From: an uncultured delta proteobacterium
GTDB taxonomy: Bacteria > Myxococcota_A > Polyangia > Polyangiales > B10-G4
Assembly (NCBI GenBank): GCA_963727445.1
Contig: CAVSGI010000010.1
Coordinates: 1,216,001-1,280,000 of the forward strand
DNA length: 64,000 nucleotides
Direction of reading: 5' to 3'
This document shows, one piece after another, positions 9,854 through 19,648 of this stretch. The notes beneath the pieces were generated by a model. That model did no database searches and had not been told where the DNA came from. It saw only the letters and a list, made by a program, of their open reading frames with translations. The stretch's first letter is position 1. Every line of letters begins with the position of its first letter. Both the position numbers and the translations under genes were made by a program.

Positions 9854-11013
9854 GCAACGCGAAGAAAATCTCGGCCGTCTGCCTGGGCGCTTGCCTCGCG
9901 CTCGCGGCGTGTGGAGACAGCGACCCCTGTGAAGGCCTCGAGTCCGGCCACGCCTGCACCTGGCTCGGCACCAAGGGCATGGAGGGGTTCAACGGCGACA
10001 ACCACCGCCTCGACACCCAGGTCAACCAGGTCCAGGACATGATCTTCCTGCCGGACGGGACCGCCTGGTTCACGGACTTCAACAACTTCCTCGTCCGCCG
10101 CGTCCACCTCGACGACGGGATGGTGGAGAGCATGATCGGCTGGACCGATCCCATCTTCCCCGGCGATGGGCCCATCGACGGGATCACACCCGCCGGCGCG
10201 CCCGGGGACGAGTGGCAGCTCAACCACCCGACGAACCTGCTGATCTCGCCCGAGGGGCGCATCGTCCTGGTGGCCTGGCACAACCACAAGATCCTCGACG
10301 TCGATCCCCAGGACGGATTCGTCCACGTCATCTGCGGAGGAGGCGCGGGCTACGCGGGTGATGGCGGGCCGGCCGAGGGCGCGAAGTTCAAGCAGCTCAA
10401 CGACGCGACCTACGACGAGGCGGGCAACCTCTACATCGTCGACCAGCAGAACGAGCGCATCCGGGTCATCGACACCTCGGACATGATCAACACCTTCGCC
10501 GGCGACGGGACGATCGGCGACAGCGGGGACGGCGGCCCGGCCGTCGACGCCGAGTTCCACTGGGCGGTGGGCTCGAACCCCAACCCGAGCGGCGGCATCG
10601 TCTATCACGAGGGCAAGCTCTACGTCTCCGACACCGAGAACGACCGGGTCCGCGTCATCGACATCGCCGCGGGGACGGTGGACGCCCTCGCCGGAACGGG
10701 CGAGGAAGGCTATTCGGGCGACGGGGGCCCAGCGGTGGACGCGCAGCTCAACGCGCCGCGCGACCTCGAGATCGGCCCCGACGGCGACCTCTACATCGTC
10801 GAGACCGACAACAGCGTGATTCGCGCGGTAAACCTCGACACGGGCATCATTCGCACCGCCGTCGGCACCGGCGAGCTGGGCCTGGACGAGGAAGAGGGGC
10901 TGCTCGCGACCGAGACCCACCTCCGCCGCCCCTTCGGCATCGTCTTCGACCCTGACGGCAACCTCTTCGTGATGGACTCCCTGAACAACCGCATCGTGAA
11001 GGTGGCGCGATGA
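9850..11013 (+). CDS. NHL-repeat lipoprotein
   Basis: Lipobox LAAC; repeated GDGGPA..AxLN.P..L...DG.LYI.D..N..IR; ATGA overlap with the upstream gene. Confidence 0.85.
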   Translation: MSNAKKISAVCLGACLALAACGDSDPCEGLESGHACTWLGTKGMEGFNGDNHRLDTQVNQVQDMIFLPDGTAWFTDFNNFLVRRVHLDDGMVESMIGWTDPIFPGDGPIDGITPAGAPGDEWQLNHPTNLLISPEGRIVLVAWHNHKILDVDPQDGFVHVICGGGAGYAGDGGPAEGAKFKQLNDATYDEAGNLYIVDQQNERIRVIDTSDMINTFAGDGTIGDSGDGGPAVDAEFHWAVGSNPNPSGGIVYHEGKLYVSDTENDRVRVIDIAAGTVDALAGTGEEGYSGDGGPAVDAQLNAPRDLEIGPDGDLYIVETDNSVIRAVNLDTGIIRTAVGTGELGLDEEEGLLATETHLRRPFGIVFDPDGNLFVMDSLNNRIVKVAR

Positions 11014-12312
11014 AGCAGCTCTCTGTCATTCTCATCCTCCTCGCGACCTCGGGCGCCGTCGCGCTCGCCGGCTGCGGCGGCGAGACCTGCGATCCCAGCG
11101 TCGCCGGGACAATCTGCACCATCGCCGGCAGCGGCAACAACGGCTACGACCGCGACGCCGACACCCGGGCGATCCCGGCCGCCGAGGTCCGCTTCTCGCT
11201 TCCCCAGGACACGCTCACCGCCTCGGACGGCACCCTGTACATCCTCGACTGGAACAACCACCGCCTGCGCAGCCTGAAGGATGACGGGATGATTCGCTGG
11301 GTCGCGGGTCGAGGCGAGCTCGGCGGCACCCTCGACGATCCGGCGAACGGCGACTTCAACCACCCGACCAACATGATCTTCGACGAGGACGAGACGCACA
11401 TCATCCTCGCCGCGTGGCACAACAGCATGGTGCGCACCGTCGACCTCGCGACCAGCATGGTGACGGATAGCTGCGGCGACGGCAACGCCGCGCCTACTTC
11501 GGCGACGAGGGCCCGGCGCTGTCGTCGGCGCTCGATCTGCCGGCCAGCGTCGCCTGGACCCCGGACGGCGACCTGATCGATCATGGATCAGGCGAACCAG
11601 GTGCTGCGCAGGGTCGACTCGGAAGGCATCGTGCACCTGGCCGCGGGCCGCTGCGTCGTCGACGCCGCGCCGCCCAACGGCCCCGGGACCTGCGACGTCT
11701 CGGAGCTCGACCCAGTGTCCCGCCGATCCCGCGGGCAACGTCTCGGGCAAGTGGGTTTGCGGCGACCCGATGGAGTTCTGCTCGCATCCCTGCACGCCCG
11801 GCTATTCGGGTGACGACATCCCGGCGACAGAGATGCGGATCGCGCAGCCCTTCGGCCAGTCCGCCACCCCGGCCGGGCGCATCGTCTACGACGACGCGGG
11901 CAACCTCTATTTCGCCGACACCGGCAACCACCTGATGCGGATGATCGACACCGACGGCATGGTTCACCGGGTCGCCGGGCAGCCGCCGGTCGACGGCGTG
12001 CCTCAGCGCGGAGCGGAGGGCGACGGTGGCCCGGCGCTCGACGCCTTCTTGAACCACCCGGTCGACCTCGCTCTTGGCGACGACGGCACGCTCTACTTCG
12101 CGGACGTGAACAACCACTGCATCCGGGCGATCGACAGCGCCGGCAACATCGACACCGTCGCCGGGGTCTGTGGCACCAAGGGCTACGAAGGCGATGGCGG
12201 GCCAGCCGACGAGGCGCTCCTCAACCTGCCCTTCGGCGTCGAGTTCACGAACGGTGACCTGATCGTCTCCGACACGGGCAACAGCGTCTTGCGCCGCTTC
12301 AGGATCCCCTGA
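11010..12312 (+). CDS. NHL-repeat lipoprotein (frameshifts ~11487, ~11580, ~11715)
   Basis: Lipobox LAGC; NHL repeats continue across ORF pieces 11010-11576, 11583-11813 and 11770-12312. Confidence 0.75.
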
Positions 12313-12773
12313 TGCGTCGTCACACCCTGTCGCTGCTGGCCATCGCCCTCGCGACGGTGGCCTGCAAGGAAGACATGCCCCCCGAGCCCGTCTTCCCCGC
12401 CGACTACGCATCCACCTACACCGAGGTGCGCGACTGCCGCCAGAGCGGCGACCACGACCTCAACGTGGTGCGCGTGCTCGCGGACCCGGTCGCCCTCGCC
12501 GCCTACAGCGATCGGATGGAGCCCTTCCCCGAGGGCGCCACCGTCATCAAGGAAGAGTACGATTTCGGCGACGCGGATTGCGCGGGCCCCATCAAGCAGT
12601 GGACGGTGATGCAGAAGCTCGCGGAGGGGTCCGATCCTTCCAACCTCGACTGGTATTGGGAGCGGGTCGACGCCGACCGCGCGGTGGTCGAGGAGCAGCC
12701 GCCCCGATGCGCCGCCTGCCACCAGGGATGCGCGCCCCCGGAAGGTTACGACGGAACCTGCACAGTCCCCTGA
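12312..12773 (+). CDS. cytochrome P460 / c'-beta family-like c-type cytochrome lipoprotein
   Basis: Lipobox TVAC; FPEGATVIKEEY..TVMQK..DWYWE pattern; C-terminal heme motif CAACH. Confidence 0.65.
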   Translation: MRRHTLSLLAIALATVACKEDMPPEPVFPADYASTYTEVRDCRQSGDHDLNVVRVLADPVALAAYSDRMEPFPEGATVIKEEYDFGDADCAGPIKQWTVMQKLAEGSDPSNLDWYWERVDADRAVVEEQPPRCAACHQGCAPPEGYDGTCTVP

Positions 12774-12806
12774 TCGATCGATGATCGATCAATCCATCCC
12801 CTGAAA

Positions 12807-13946
12807 TCAGGGGTCGAGGGGCAACATGATCCGGCGGGCGCAGCTGTTCGACTGATCCGCCACGAGGAGCGCCTCACCCTGATCGAGGGAGATGCGGCCC
12901 ACGTGCCCGAAGGCCGCCTCGAGCGCCGGACCGCCGTCGCCGGTGAAGTCGTTGGTGCCGTTGCCGGCGATGGTGTGGATGGTGCCGTCGGGATCGACCT
13001 GCCGGACGCGGAAGTTCTCGCGGTCGGAGATGTAGAGGGTGCCGTCGTCAGCCACGGCGAGACCGTAGGGTTGATTCAGCTGCGCTTCGAGCGCGGGGCC
13101 CTCGTCGCCAGCGAAGCCGGCCTCGCCCGTGCCCACGATGGTGTCGATGGTGCCGTCGGGGGAGAGCGCGCGCACCACGTTGTTGCGGGTGTCGGCGATG
13201 AGCAGCGTGCCGTCGTCCCTGAGGGCGAGGGCCGAGGGCCAGTGGAGCTGCGCCATGGTGGCAGGCCCGCCGTCGCCCGAGTATCCCTCGCGCTCGGTGC
13301 CGGCCACCGTCTGGATCGTGCCGTCGCGGAGCATCCGCACGCGATTGGCGAGGCTGTCGGAGACGTAGATGGTGCCGTCATCAGCGATGGCGATGCCGTC
13401 GAGCTGGATGAAGCGCGCGACGAGGGGATCTTCGAAGTCGCCCTCGTCTCCGCGGATACCGACCTCACCGTCGCCCGCCAGAGTCACGAGATTGCCGTCG
13501 GCGTCGATCTGGATCACCCGGGGATCGTGATAGGAGACGAAGACGAGCAGACCGTCTGGATCCCAGGTGAAGTCGATGGGGTTTTCGAGAGGTGAGTCGA
13601 CGGCCGGAACGCTGGTGTCCGCCAGGGCATGAAAGCCGTTTCCGGCGACCGTCTGAAAGAGTCCGTTCTCGTCGATCACCCGGAGCAGCTGATTGTTGAA
13701 GTCCATGACGTAGATGCGCCCATCGGGTCCGCGGCGGACCGACGACGGCAGGTACATGTCGCTCTCGGTGGCCGGCAGGCCCTCTCGGTTGAAGCCATAG
13801 GCGCCGGTGCCGGCGATGGTGCAGACCACGCCCGGCGCCGGGTCCTCACACGGGCCCGGTCCCGAAGGTCCACAGGCTGCGCAGCCGACCAGCGCGCCCG
13901 TGAGGACGCATCGAAGAAAATGGGAGATTGTGCCGCACTGGGACAC
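12807..13946 (-). CDS. NHL-repeat lipoprotein
   Basis: LVGCAAC lipobox region; repeated GDGGPA/LxxP/DG.LYISD..N..VR; GTG 13946 chosen as start because TACGCT lies 7 nt upstream. Confidence 0.8.
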   Translation of the reverse strand: MSQCGTISHFLRCVLTGALVGCAACGPSGPGPCEDPAPGVVCTIAGTGAYGFNREGLPATESDMYLPSSVRRGPDGRIYVMDFNNQLLRVIDENGLFQTVAGNGFHALADTSVPAVDSPLENPIDFTWDPDGLLVFVSYHDPRVIQIDADGNLVTLAGDGEVGIRGDEGDFEDPLVARFIQLDGIAIADDGTIYVSDSLANRVRMLRDGTIQTVAGTEREGYSGDGGPATMAQLHWPSALALRDDGTLLIADTRNNVVRALSPDGTIDTIVGTGEAGFAGDEGPALEAQLNQPYGLAVADDGTLYISDRENFRVRQVDPDGTIHTIAGNGTNDFTGDGGPALEAAFGHVGRISLDQGEALLVADQSNSCARRIMLPLDP

Positions 13947-14049
13947 GTCCACGAGCGTAGCACCCGGCATGCCACCCGCCCTCATAGGTCCCGTTTGCCG
14001 CAACGAAAGGTCCATGGAATAAGGCGAGCTTCCTTTCGAAGGGGGCGCA

Positions 14050-15849
14050 ATGCGAAGCGACGCGAATACCCTGCTCGGGCACATCGATTTCTGGGCGAAG
14101 AAGCGCCCCAACGGCGCGGCGCTCCACGCACGGCCGGCGAGTGGCCGCGGCTGGGACGTCACGACCTGGAGCGATTATCAGCGCGACTACCGAACCCTCG
14201 GCAAGGGCCTGATGGCGCTGGGTGTGAAACCAGGCGACGGCGTGGCCATCGTCGGCGCCAATCGTCCCGAGTGGGTGAAGTGTCAGATGGCCACTTTCGC
14301 CGCGGGCGGGCTTCTCGGTCCCATCTACACCACCAACACCAAAGAGCAGACGGCGTACATCGTGAACGACTGCGGGGCCAAGGTCGCGATCTGCGACGAC
14401 GCCGAACAGCTCGCGAAGTATCGCGCCGCCCAGGAAGAGGGCCTGATTGACGTCGAAAAGTTCATCACCATGGACGCGCTCGACGTCGACGACGAGCGGG
14501 TGATGTCCTACGCCGAGCTCATGGCGCTCGGCGAAGCGCAGGACGACTCGGCGCTCGACGCGCGTCTGTCGGCGATGAAGCCGGATGACGTCGCGATGCT
14601 GATCTACACCTCGGGCACCACCGGCAAGCCCAAGGGCGCGATGTACACCCACGCGAACATCGACGCGACCGGCAGCGCCACGGCGGAAGCCTACCCAGAC
14701 CTCTCCGGCGACGACGTTCGTGCCATCAGCTATCTGCCGCTCTGCCACGCGGCGGAGCAGGGAATGATCAACATGGCCGGCCTGAGGCTCGGCGCGAAGA
14801 TCTACTTCTGCGGAGACCTCAAGCAGATCAAGGACCATCTCACCGAGGTGCGGCCCTCCTTCTTCCTGGGCGTACCGCGGGTGTGGGAGAAGTTCGAGGC
14901 CGCGTTGCGTGGGCGCTTCAGTGAAGCGACGGGCGTCAAGGCGAAGCTGTTGAACTGGGCGATGAAGACCGAGCTCGCCGCCTTCGAGGAGAGCGCGCGG
15001 CGCGGCTACCGGGTGGAGGGGATCCGCCGCAGCCTCGCCAACCGCCTGGCGCTCTCCAAAATCCGAGAGGCGCTGGGGCTGGACGCCCTCGAGTACGCGT
15101 TCACCGGCGCCGCGCCGATCTCGCGCTCCACCCTCGATTTCTTCGCCTCCATCGGCATCCTCCTCCACGAGGGCTACGGCATGACCGAGACCACGGCCTT
15201 CGCCACGGTTCAACCGCCCAAGCGGCCGCGCTTCGGGACCATCGGCAAGGCGCTCCCAGGCGTGGAGATCCGCATCGCCGAGGACGGCGAGATCATGCTC
15301 AAGGGCCCCAACATGATCCGCGGCTATCACAACCTCGACGAGGAGAGCCGCGAGCTCTACACCGGCGAGTGGATGCACACCGGTGACCTCGGGAGCCTCG
15401 ACTCGGAGGGCTTCCTCGAGATCACCGGGCGCAAGAAGGACCTGATCATCACCGCCGGGGGCAAGAACGTCGCGCCCGCCGAGATCGAAGGGCTGCTCCA
15501 AGGCATCCCCGGGGTCGGGCAGGCGGTGGTGGTGGGCGACCAGCAGCCCTACCTCTGCGCGCTCCTGGTGCTCGATCAGGAAGCGCTCCCCGAGCTCGCG
15601 CAGGCCTCGGGCGTGTCCATCTCCTCCACCTCCGACGCCGCGAAGAACGACGCGATCCGCAAGTGGTTCGATGACCGCATCGCCGCCGACTGCAACGGGA
15701 AGCTGGCGCGCTATCAGACCATCAAGAAGTTCGAGATCCTCCCCGAGCCGTTCAGCGTCGACGGGGGCGAGCTGACGCCGACGATGAAGGTGAAGCGCAA
15801 CGTCGTTAACGACAAGTACAGGGCGGTGATCCAGCGCTTCTACGCGTGA
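14050..15849 (+). CDS. long-chain fatty acyl-CoA synthetase (AMP-dependent synthetase/ligase)
   Basis: IYTSGTTGKPKG, SYLPLCH, GVPRVWEK, EGYGMTET, MHTGDLG, ITGRKKDLI, ELTPTMKVKR. Confidence 0.92.
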   Translation: MRSDANTLLGHIDFWAKKRPNGAALHARPASGRGWDVTTWSDYQRDYRTLGKGLMALGVKPGDGVAIVGANRPEWVKCQMATFAAGGLLGPIYTTNTKEQTAYIVNDCGAKVAICDDAEQLAKYRAAQEEGLIDVEKFITMDALDVDDERVMSYAELMALGEAQDDSALDARLSAMKPDDVAMLIYTSGTTGKPKGAMYTHANIDATGSATAEAYPDLSGDDVRAISYLPLCHAAEQGMINMAGLRLGAKIYFCGDLKQIKDHLTEVRPSFFLGVPRVWEKFEAALRGRFSEATGVKAKLLNWAMKTELAAFEESARRGYRVEGIRRSLANRLALSKIREALGLDALEYAFTGAAPISRSTLDFFASIGILLHEGYGMTETTAFATVQPPKRPRFGTIGKALPGVEIRIAEDGEIMLKGPNMIRGYHNLDEESRELYTGEWMHTGDLGSLDSEGFLEITGRKKDLIITAGGKNVAPAEIEGLLQGIPGVGQAVVVGDQQPYLCALLVLDQEALPELAQASGVSISSTSDAAKNDAIRKWFDDRIAADCNGKLARYQTIKKFEILPEPFSVDGGELTPTMKVKRNVVNDKYRAVIQRFYA

Positions 15850-15853
15850 GTCG

Positions 15854-17996
15854 TCAGAGGCGCTCGTCGCACCCGATATCCGGCATCGATGTATCCCGGG
15901 TCTCGCCGTCGAAGTCGCGCATGGGGATGACCATCGGGTCGGCGTTGCCATTGGCGGGCGAGCCGTCCTCGGAGATGTGCCCGTCGGGGGAGATCTGTGG
16001 GTCCGAGGCGAGCAGGTTTCCCGGTCCGAAGGTCGTCGTCAGGAGGGTCACGGCATCCGAAGCCAGCATGTCCGGGCTGATCCACCGCGCGCATCCGTAC
16101 AGGACGCTGTTGCTGAGGACCCGCGCCCTGAAGCCCGCCTCTTGGAAGTACGCGCCGCCCACGCCCGGCCGGCACAGGAAGATGTCGTTGCGAAAACGAG
16201 CTTCGGTCTCGCTCAGCGTGGTGCTCGACGCGCTACCCAACCTCACGAGGACCGGTCCCGATCCCGACGACATCATGGGGGTCGGCACCGCGTTGAAGGT
16301 GTTCGAATCGACCTGCGCCGGAAACGTGGCGGCCTCACCGGAGAACGCGAACGCGAGCCCCACGGACTGTCCAGACACCGTGATGAAGTTGTTGGTCATC
16401 TGGACCTCCGTGTCCGTAACGGCGATCGCATAGTGCTCCTGGGCCGCCGTGTGCGATGCGAGCTCGTAGACCCGGTTCGCGTCGATGACCATGGGATCGG
16501 CGCCCTCGATCAAGACGCCTCTGCCGGCCCCGGCGACCGCGCCGGATCGAATCTCGTTATCCATGAGAGAGCCCGCGACGCCCGAGTGATACTCGACCGC
16601 GCTCACGAAGCTCGACGTATCCGCGGTCACGCCCTGAAGAAGGCTCGAGGCGATCTCGCAAGTCGTCCCCGATCCTTCGCAGACCATCCCCACGTAGCGC
16701 GCGCCCGGAGTCGCGGCGGTAGCGGATGCATAGAGCGAACGGAGGCTGGAGGCCATGAGCCTCGTCCCGTCCCTGGCCGCGAGCCCGTAGACCAAGGGTC
16801 CCTCGCCGCCCCCGATGGTGCCGACGTTCGTGAGGTTCGCGTTCCGCGTGCTGACGAGCACGAACCCCGCGGAGACGCTCCCCGACGTTCCGCCGAGGAC
16901 CGTCCCGACGTCGTGGATGTCGAGCCCGTCCACGTTGAAAGCGCTCACGCCTGTCGATTCGCTCGTCCCCGCCATGGCGGTGATCGTTCCGACGTTCTGG
17001 ATGATCGCGCTCTGATCATTCGTGAGGGAGATGCCGAGGCTGCGATCCCCCTCACCGCCCTCGATCACCGCGACCCCGTCGACGCGGAGATCGTGCGTCA
17101 TCTCTGCCGCGATCCCCACGGCATTCCCGGACGCGTGCCCGCCGCTGATCCGTTCGACGCCGAGGAGCTGGGCCTCGCGCTCGCGCAAGTACACGGCGAT
17201 GGAGACCGTCCCGAGCGCGGTGCCGCCTGGCGGGGATGCGCCCTCGACCTGGCCGCCGTCGATGACGACCACGCCGTCCCCGGGAGGCGCTGATACGCCA
17301 TAGGCGCGGTCGGCCTGACCCGGGCGAACGATCGAGCCCCGGACCGTCCCGCCCCCCTCGAAGAGAACGCCGACGCTGGTGGCGCCGACGGCGTCGGGAC
17401 CCACGATGGTGAAATTCGACAGAGTCGTTCCGCGACAATCTCCGGTGCGGAAGAGCACGGCCTCGTTGACCACTCCCGAACCGCCGACCGGCGCGATCTT
17501 CGTGACGCACGCGGGGTCTTGCGCCCAACTCGCGCCCTCGGCGCGGAAGCCGCCCGTGACGTTGATCCCATCGGACATGTTGACCCGCTCGCCGTAGCGG
17601 GTCGCCACGCAGACGCCGCCCTCGACCTCGGCACCGACGCAAACGGACCCGCCTCCCTCGCGCTCGATGTCGCTGATGGCCACGTTGATCGATCCCATCG
17701 GCGTGCTCGCCGACCGCCCATCTCCGGTCGCATTTGCGAGCACGTACCGGTCGCAGCCGCAGTCGTCGTCGATCAGCCCGTCGCAGTCGTTGTCGAGGCC
17801 GTCGCAGATCTCGGCCATGGGAATACAGGCCGCGTCCCCGGCGTCGTAAGCCGCATCGCCGGCATCCCCGACACCTCCGTCACCGACGACGCCCCCGTCG
17901 CCGCCGCCGGCGGCATCCCCGATCGAAGGCCGGATCGGAATCCAGCAAGAGCCCGCACCCTCCGAGGAACAACGCGATGGGGAGCAAGCGGTGCAT
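15854..17996 (-). CDS. secreted lipoprotein with a MopE-like CDGLDNDC motif and a parallel beta-helix-like body (frameshift ~17920)
   Basis: MHRLLPIALFLGGC lipobox in one frame; EICDGLDNDCDGLIDD and Gly/Ile-rich beta-helix-like repeats, ending RDFDGETR..PDIGCDE, in the other. Confidence 0.65.
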
Positions 17997-18078
17997 TCGA
18001 CCACGATACCTCAGTTGCACAGGGACCACACGATGGGACGGCTGGCACCGGCACCGGCTCGGCGCTACGATCTCCTTC

Positions 18079-18642
18079 GTGAGGCTCCGCTTACGTCGTG
18101 CCCGTACGGACGACGCTCGCGCCATCGCGCGCGTGCACGTCTCGAGCTGGCAGCACGCGTATTGGGACCTGTTGCCGCGCTCGTATCTCCGGGGCTTGAC
18201 GACGCGCGGCGTCGGCACCTCCTGGCGCCGGAGGTTGGCGGTGAGCCCGCCGGGCGAACAGGTGTGGGTCGCGGTTGTGGAGGGAACCGTGGTCGGCTTC
18301 TGCGCGGCGGGCCCCGCACGCGACAACCGCGCGTGGAAGGGCTACGCGGGAGAGGTCACCTATCTCTACGTCCACCCTGCGATGCTCGGTCGCGGGGTCG
18401 GCTTCGCCCTGATGCAGAAGGCGCTGCGCGAGCTGGAGCGCCGCGGCTGCGTCTGGGCGGAGGTCGCGGTCCTCGAGCAAAACGCCCGTGCGCGCTCGTT
18501 CTACGAGCGCCTGGGGCTCCGCTTCGGGGGCGCGCGCTGGATGGACCAGCGCTTCGGGGTGAACGTCGTCCGGCACGAGATGGCGCTCAATCCGGTGGTC
18601 GACTTCGCGGAGCTGCGCTGCACCGCCACCCGTCCCCGCTGA
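18079..18642 (+). CDS. GNAT family N-acetyltransferase
   Basis: DARAIARVHVSSWQHAY, LYVHPAMLGRGVG, NARARSFYERLG. Confidence 0.88.
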   Translation: MRLRLRRARTDDARAIARVHVSSWQHAYWDLLPRSYLRGLTTRGVGTSWRRRLAVSPPGEQVWVAVVEGTVVGFCAAGPARDNRAWKGYAGEVTYLYVHPAMLGRGVGFALMQKALRELERRGCVWAEVAVLEQNARARSFYERLGLRFGGARWMDQRFGVNVVRHEMALNPVVDFAELRCTATRPR

Positions 18643-18745
18643 TCCAACTCGGGTAGTGCCTGGTCCAAGGCCCGACGTGCGAGGCGGCCGACGAACGAGC
18701 GAGAACACTTCTACGTCATTGGACCAGGCACTAGACTCCCCGGCC

Positions 18746-19648
18746 GTGGAACAAGCCCCTGTCCTCGAGCTCCACGCGCTCACCAAGCGATATGGATCGG
18801 TCGTCGCGCTCTCGGGGCTGGACCTCAGCGTCGCGGCCGGCGAGATCTACGGGTTCCTCGGTCGTAATGGCGCCGGGAAGTCCACCGCCATCCGCGCGGT
18901 GATGGGCATCACCCACCCCACCTCTGGCACGGTTCGCCTCTTCGGTGAGGAGGTGACGCGCCAATCGCACATCGCGCTCAGGCAGCGGGTCGGATACGTC
19001 GCGCAGGATCAGACCTTCTACGGCTGGATGACGCCCAAGACCCTCGGCCGATTCGTGCGCGGGTTCTATCCCACCTGGGACGACGCGAATTACGCGAACC
19101 TCCTCCGGCGCATGGATCTGCCCGAGGACCGGCGCGTCGGCACCTTCTCCGGCGGGATGAAGGCGAAGGTGGCGCTCGCCCTGGCGCTCGCCCACTCCCC
19201 GAGGCTGCTTGTGCTCGACGAGCCCACCGCAGGGCTCGACCCGGTGGCGCGACGGGAATTCCTCGAGATGATTCGCGACGAGGCCGCGCGAACGGGTGCC
19301 ACCACCTTCTTCTCGACACACCTCATCGACGAGATCGACGTCGCCGCCAATCGCGTCGGGATCGTGGATGGCGGCGTCACACGTTACGAGGGCACGGTGT
19401 CCGACCTGATGGCGCGCCACCGCCTCGTCGCCATCGTCGACCCGGAAGACACACAGCCCGCGCCGCCGGCCCTCGCCAACCCCGCCGCCTTTCGCGTCGT
19501 CGCCCAGAGGTGGCACGGCACCGAGAAGCGCATGCTGGTCGAGGCCGCCGACCCCGCCGCCTGGAGCCAGATCGACGTGCGACCCTGGCAGATATCCAGC
19601 CTCCCCCTCGAGGAGCTCTTCATCGAGATGGTGCGGAGGCCCATGTGA
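18746..19648 (+). CDS. ABC transporter ATP-binding protein (ABC-2 exporter type)
   Basis: Walker A GRNGAGKST, signature FSGGMK, Walker B LVLDEPT, STH; the start may be further upstream (18656). Confidence 0.92.
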   Translation: MEQAPVLELHALTKRYGSVVALSGLDLSVAAGEIYGFLGRNGAGKSTAIRAVMGITHPTSGTVRLFGEEVTRQSHIALRQRVGYVAQDQTFYGWMTPKTLGRFVRGFYPTWDDANYANLLRRMDLPEDRRVGTFSGGMKAKVALALALAHSPRLLVLDEPTAGLDPVARREFLEMIRDEAARTGATTFFSTHLIDEIDVAANRVGIVDGGVTRYEGTVSDLMARHRLVAIVDPEDTQPAPPALANPAAFRVVAQRWHGTEKRMLVEAADPAAWSQIDVRPWQISSLPLEELFIEMVRRPM

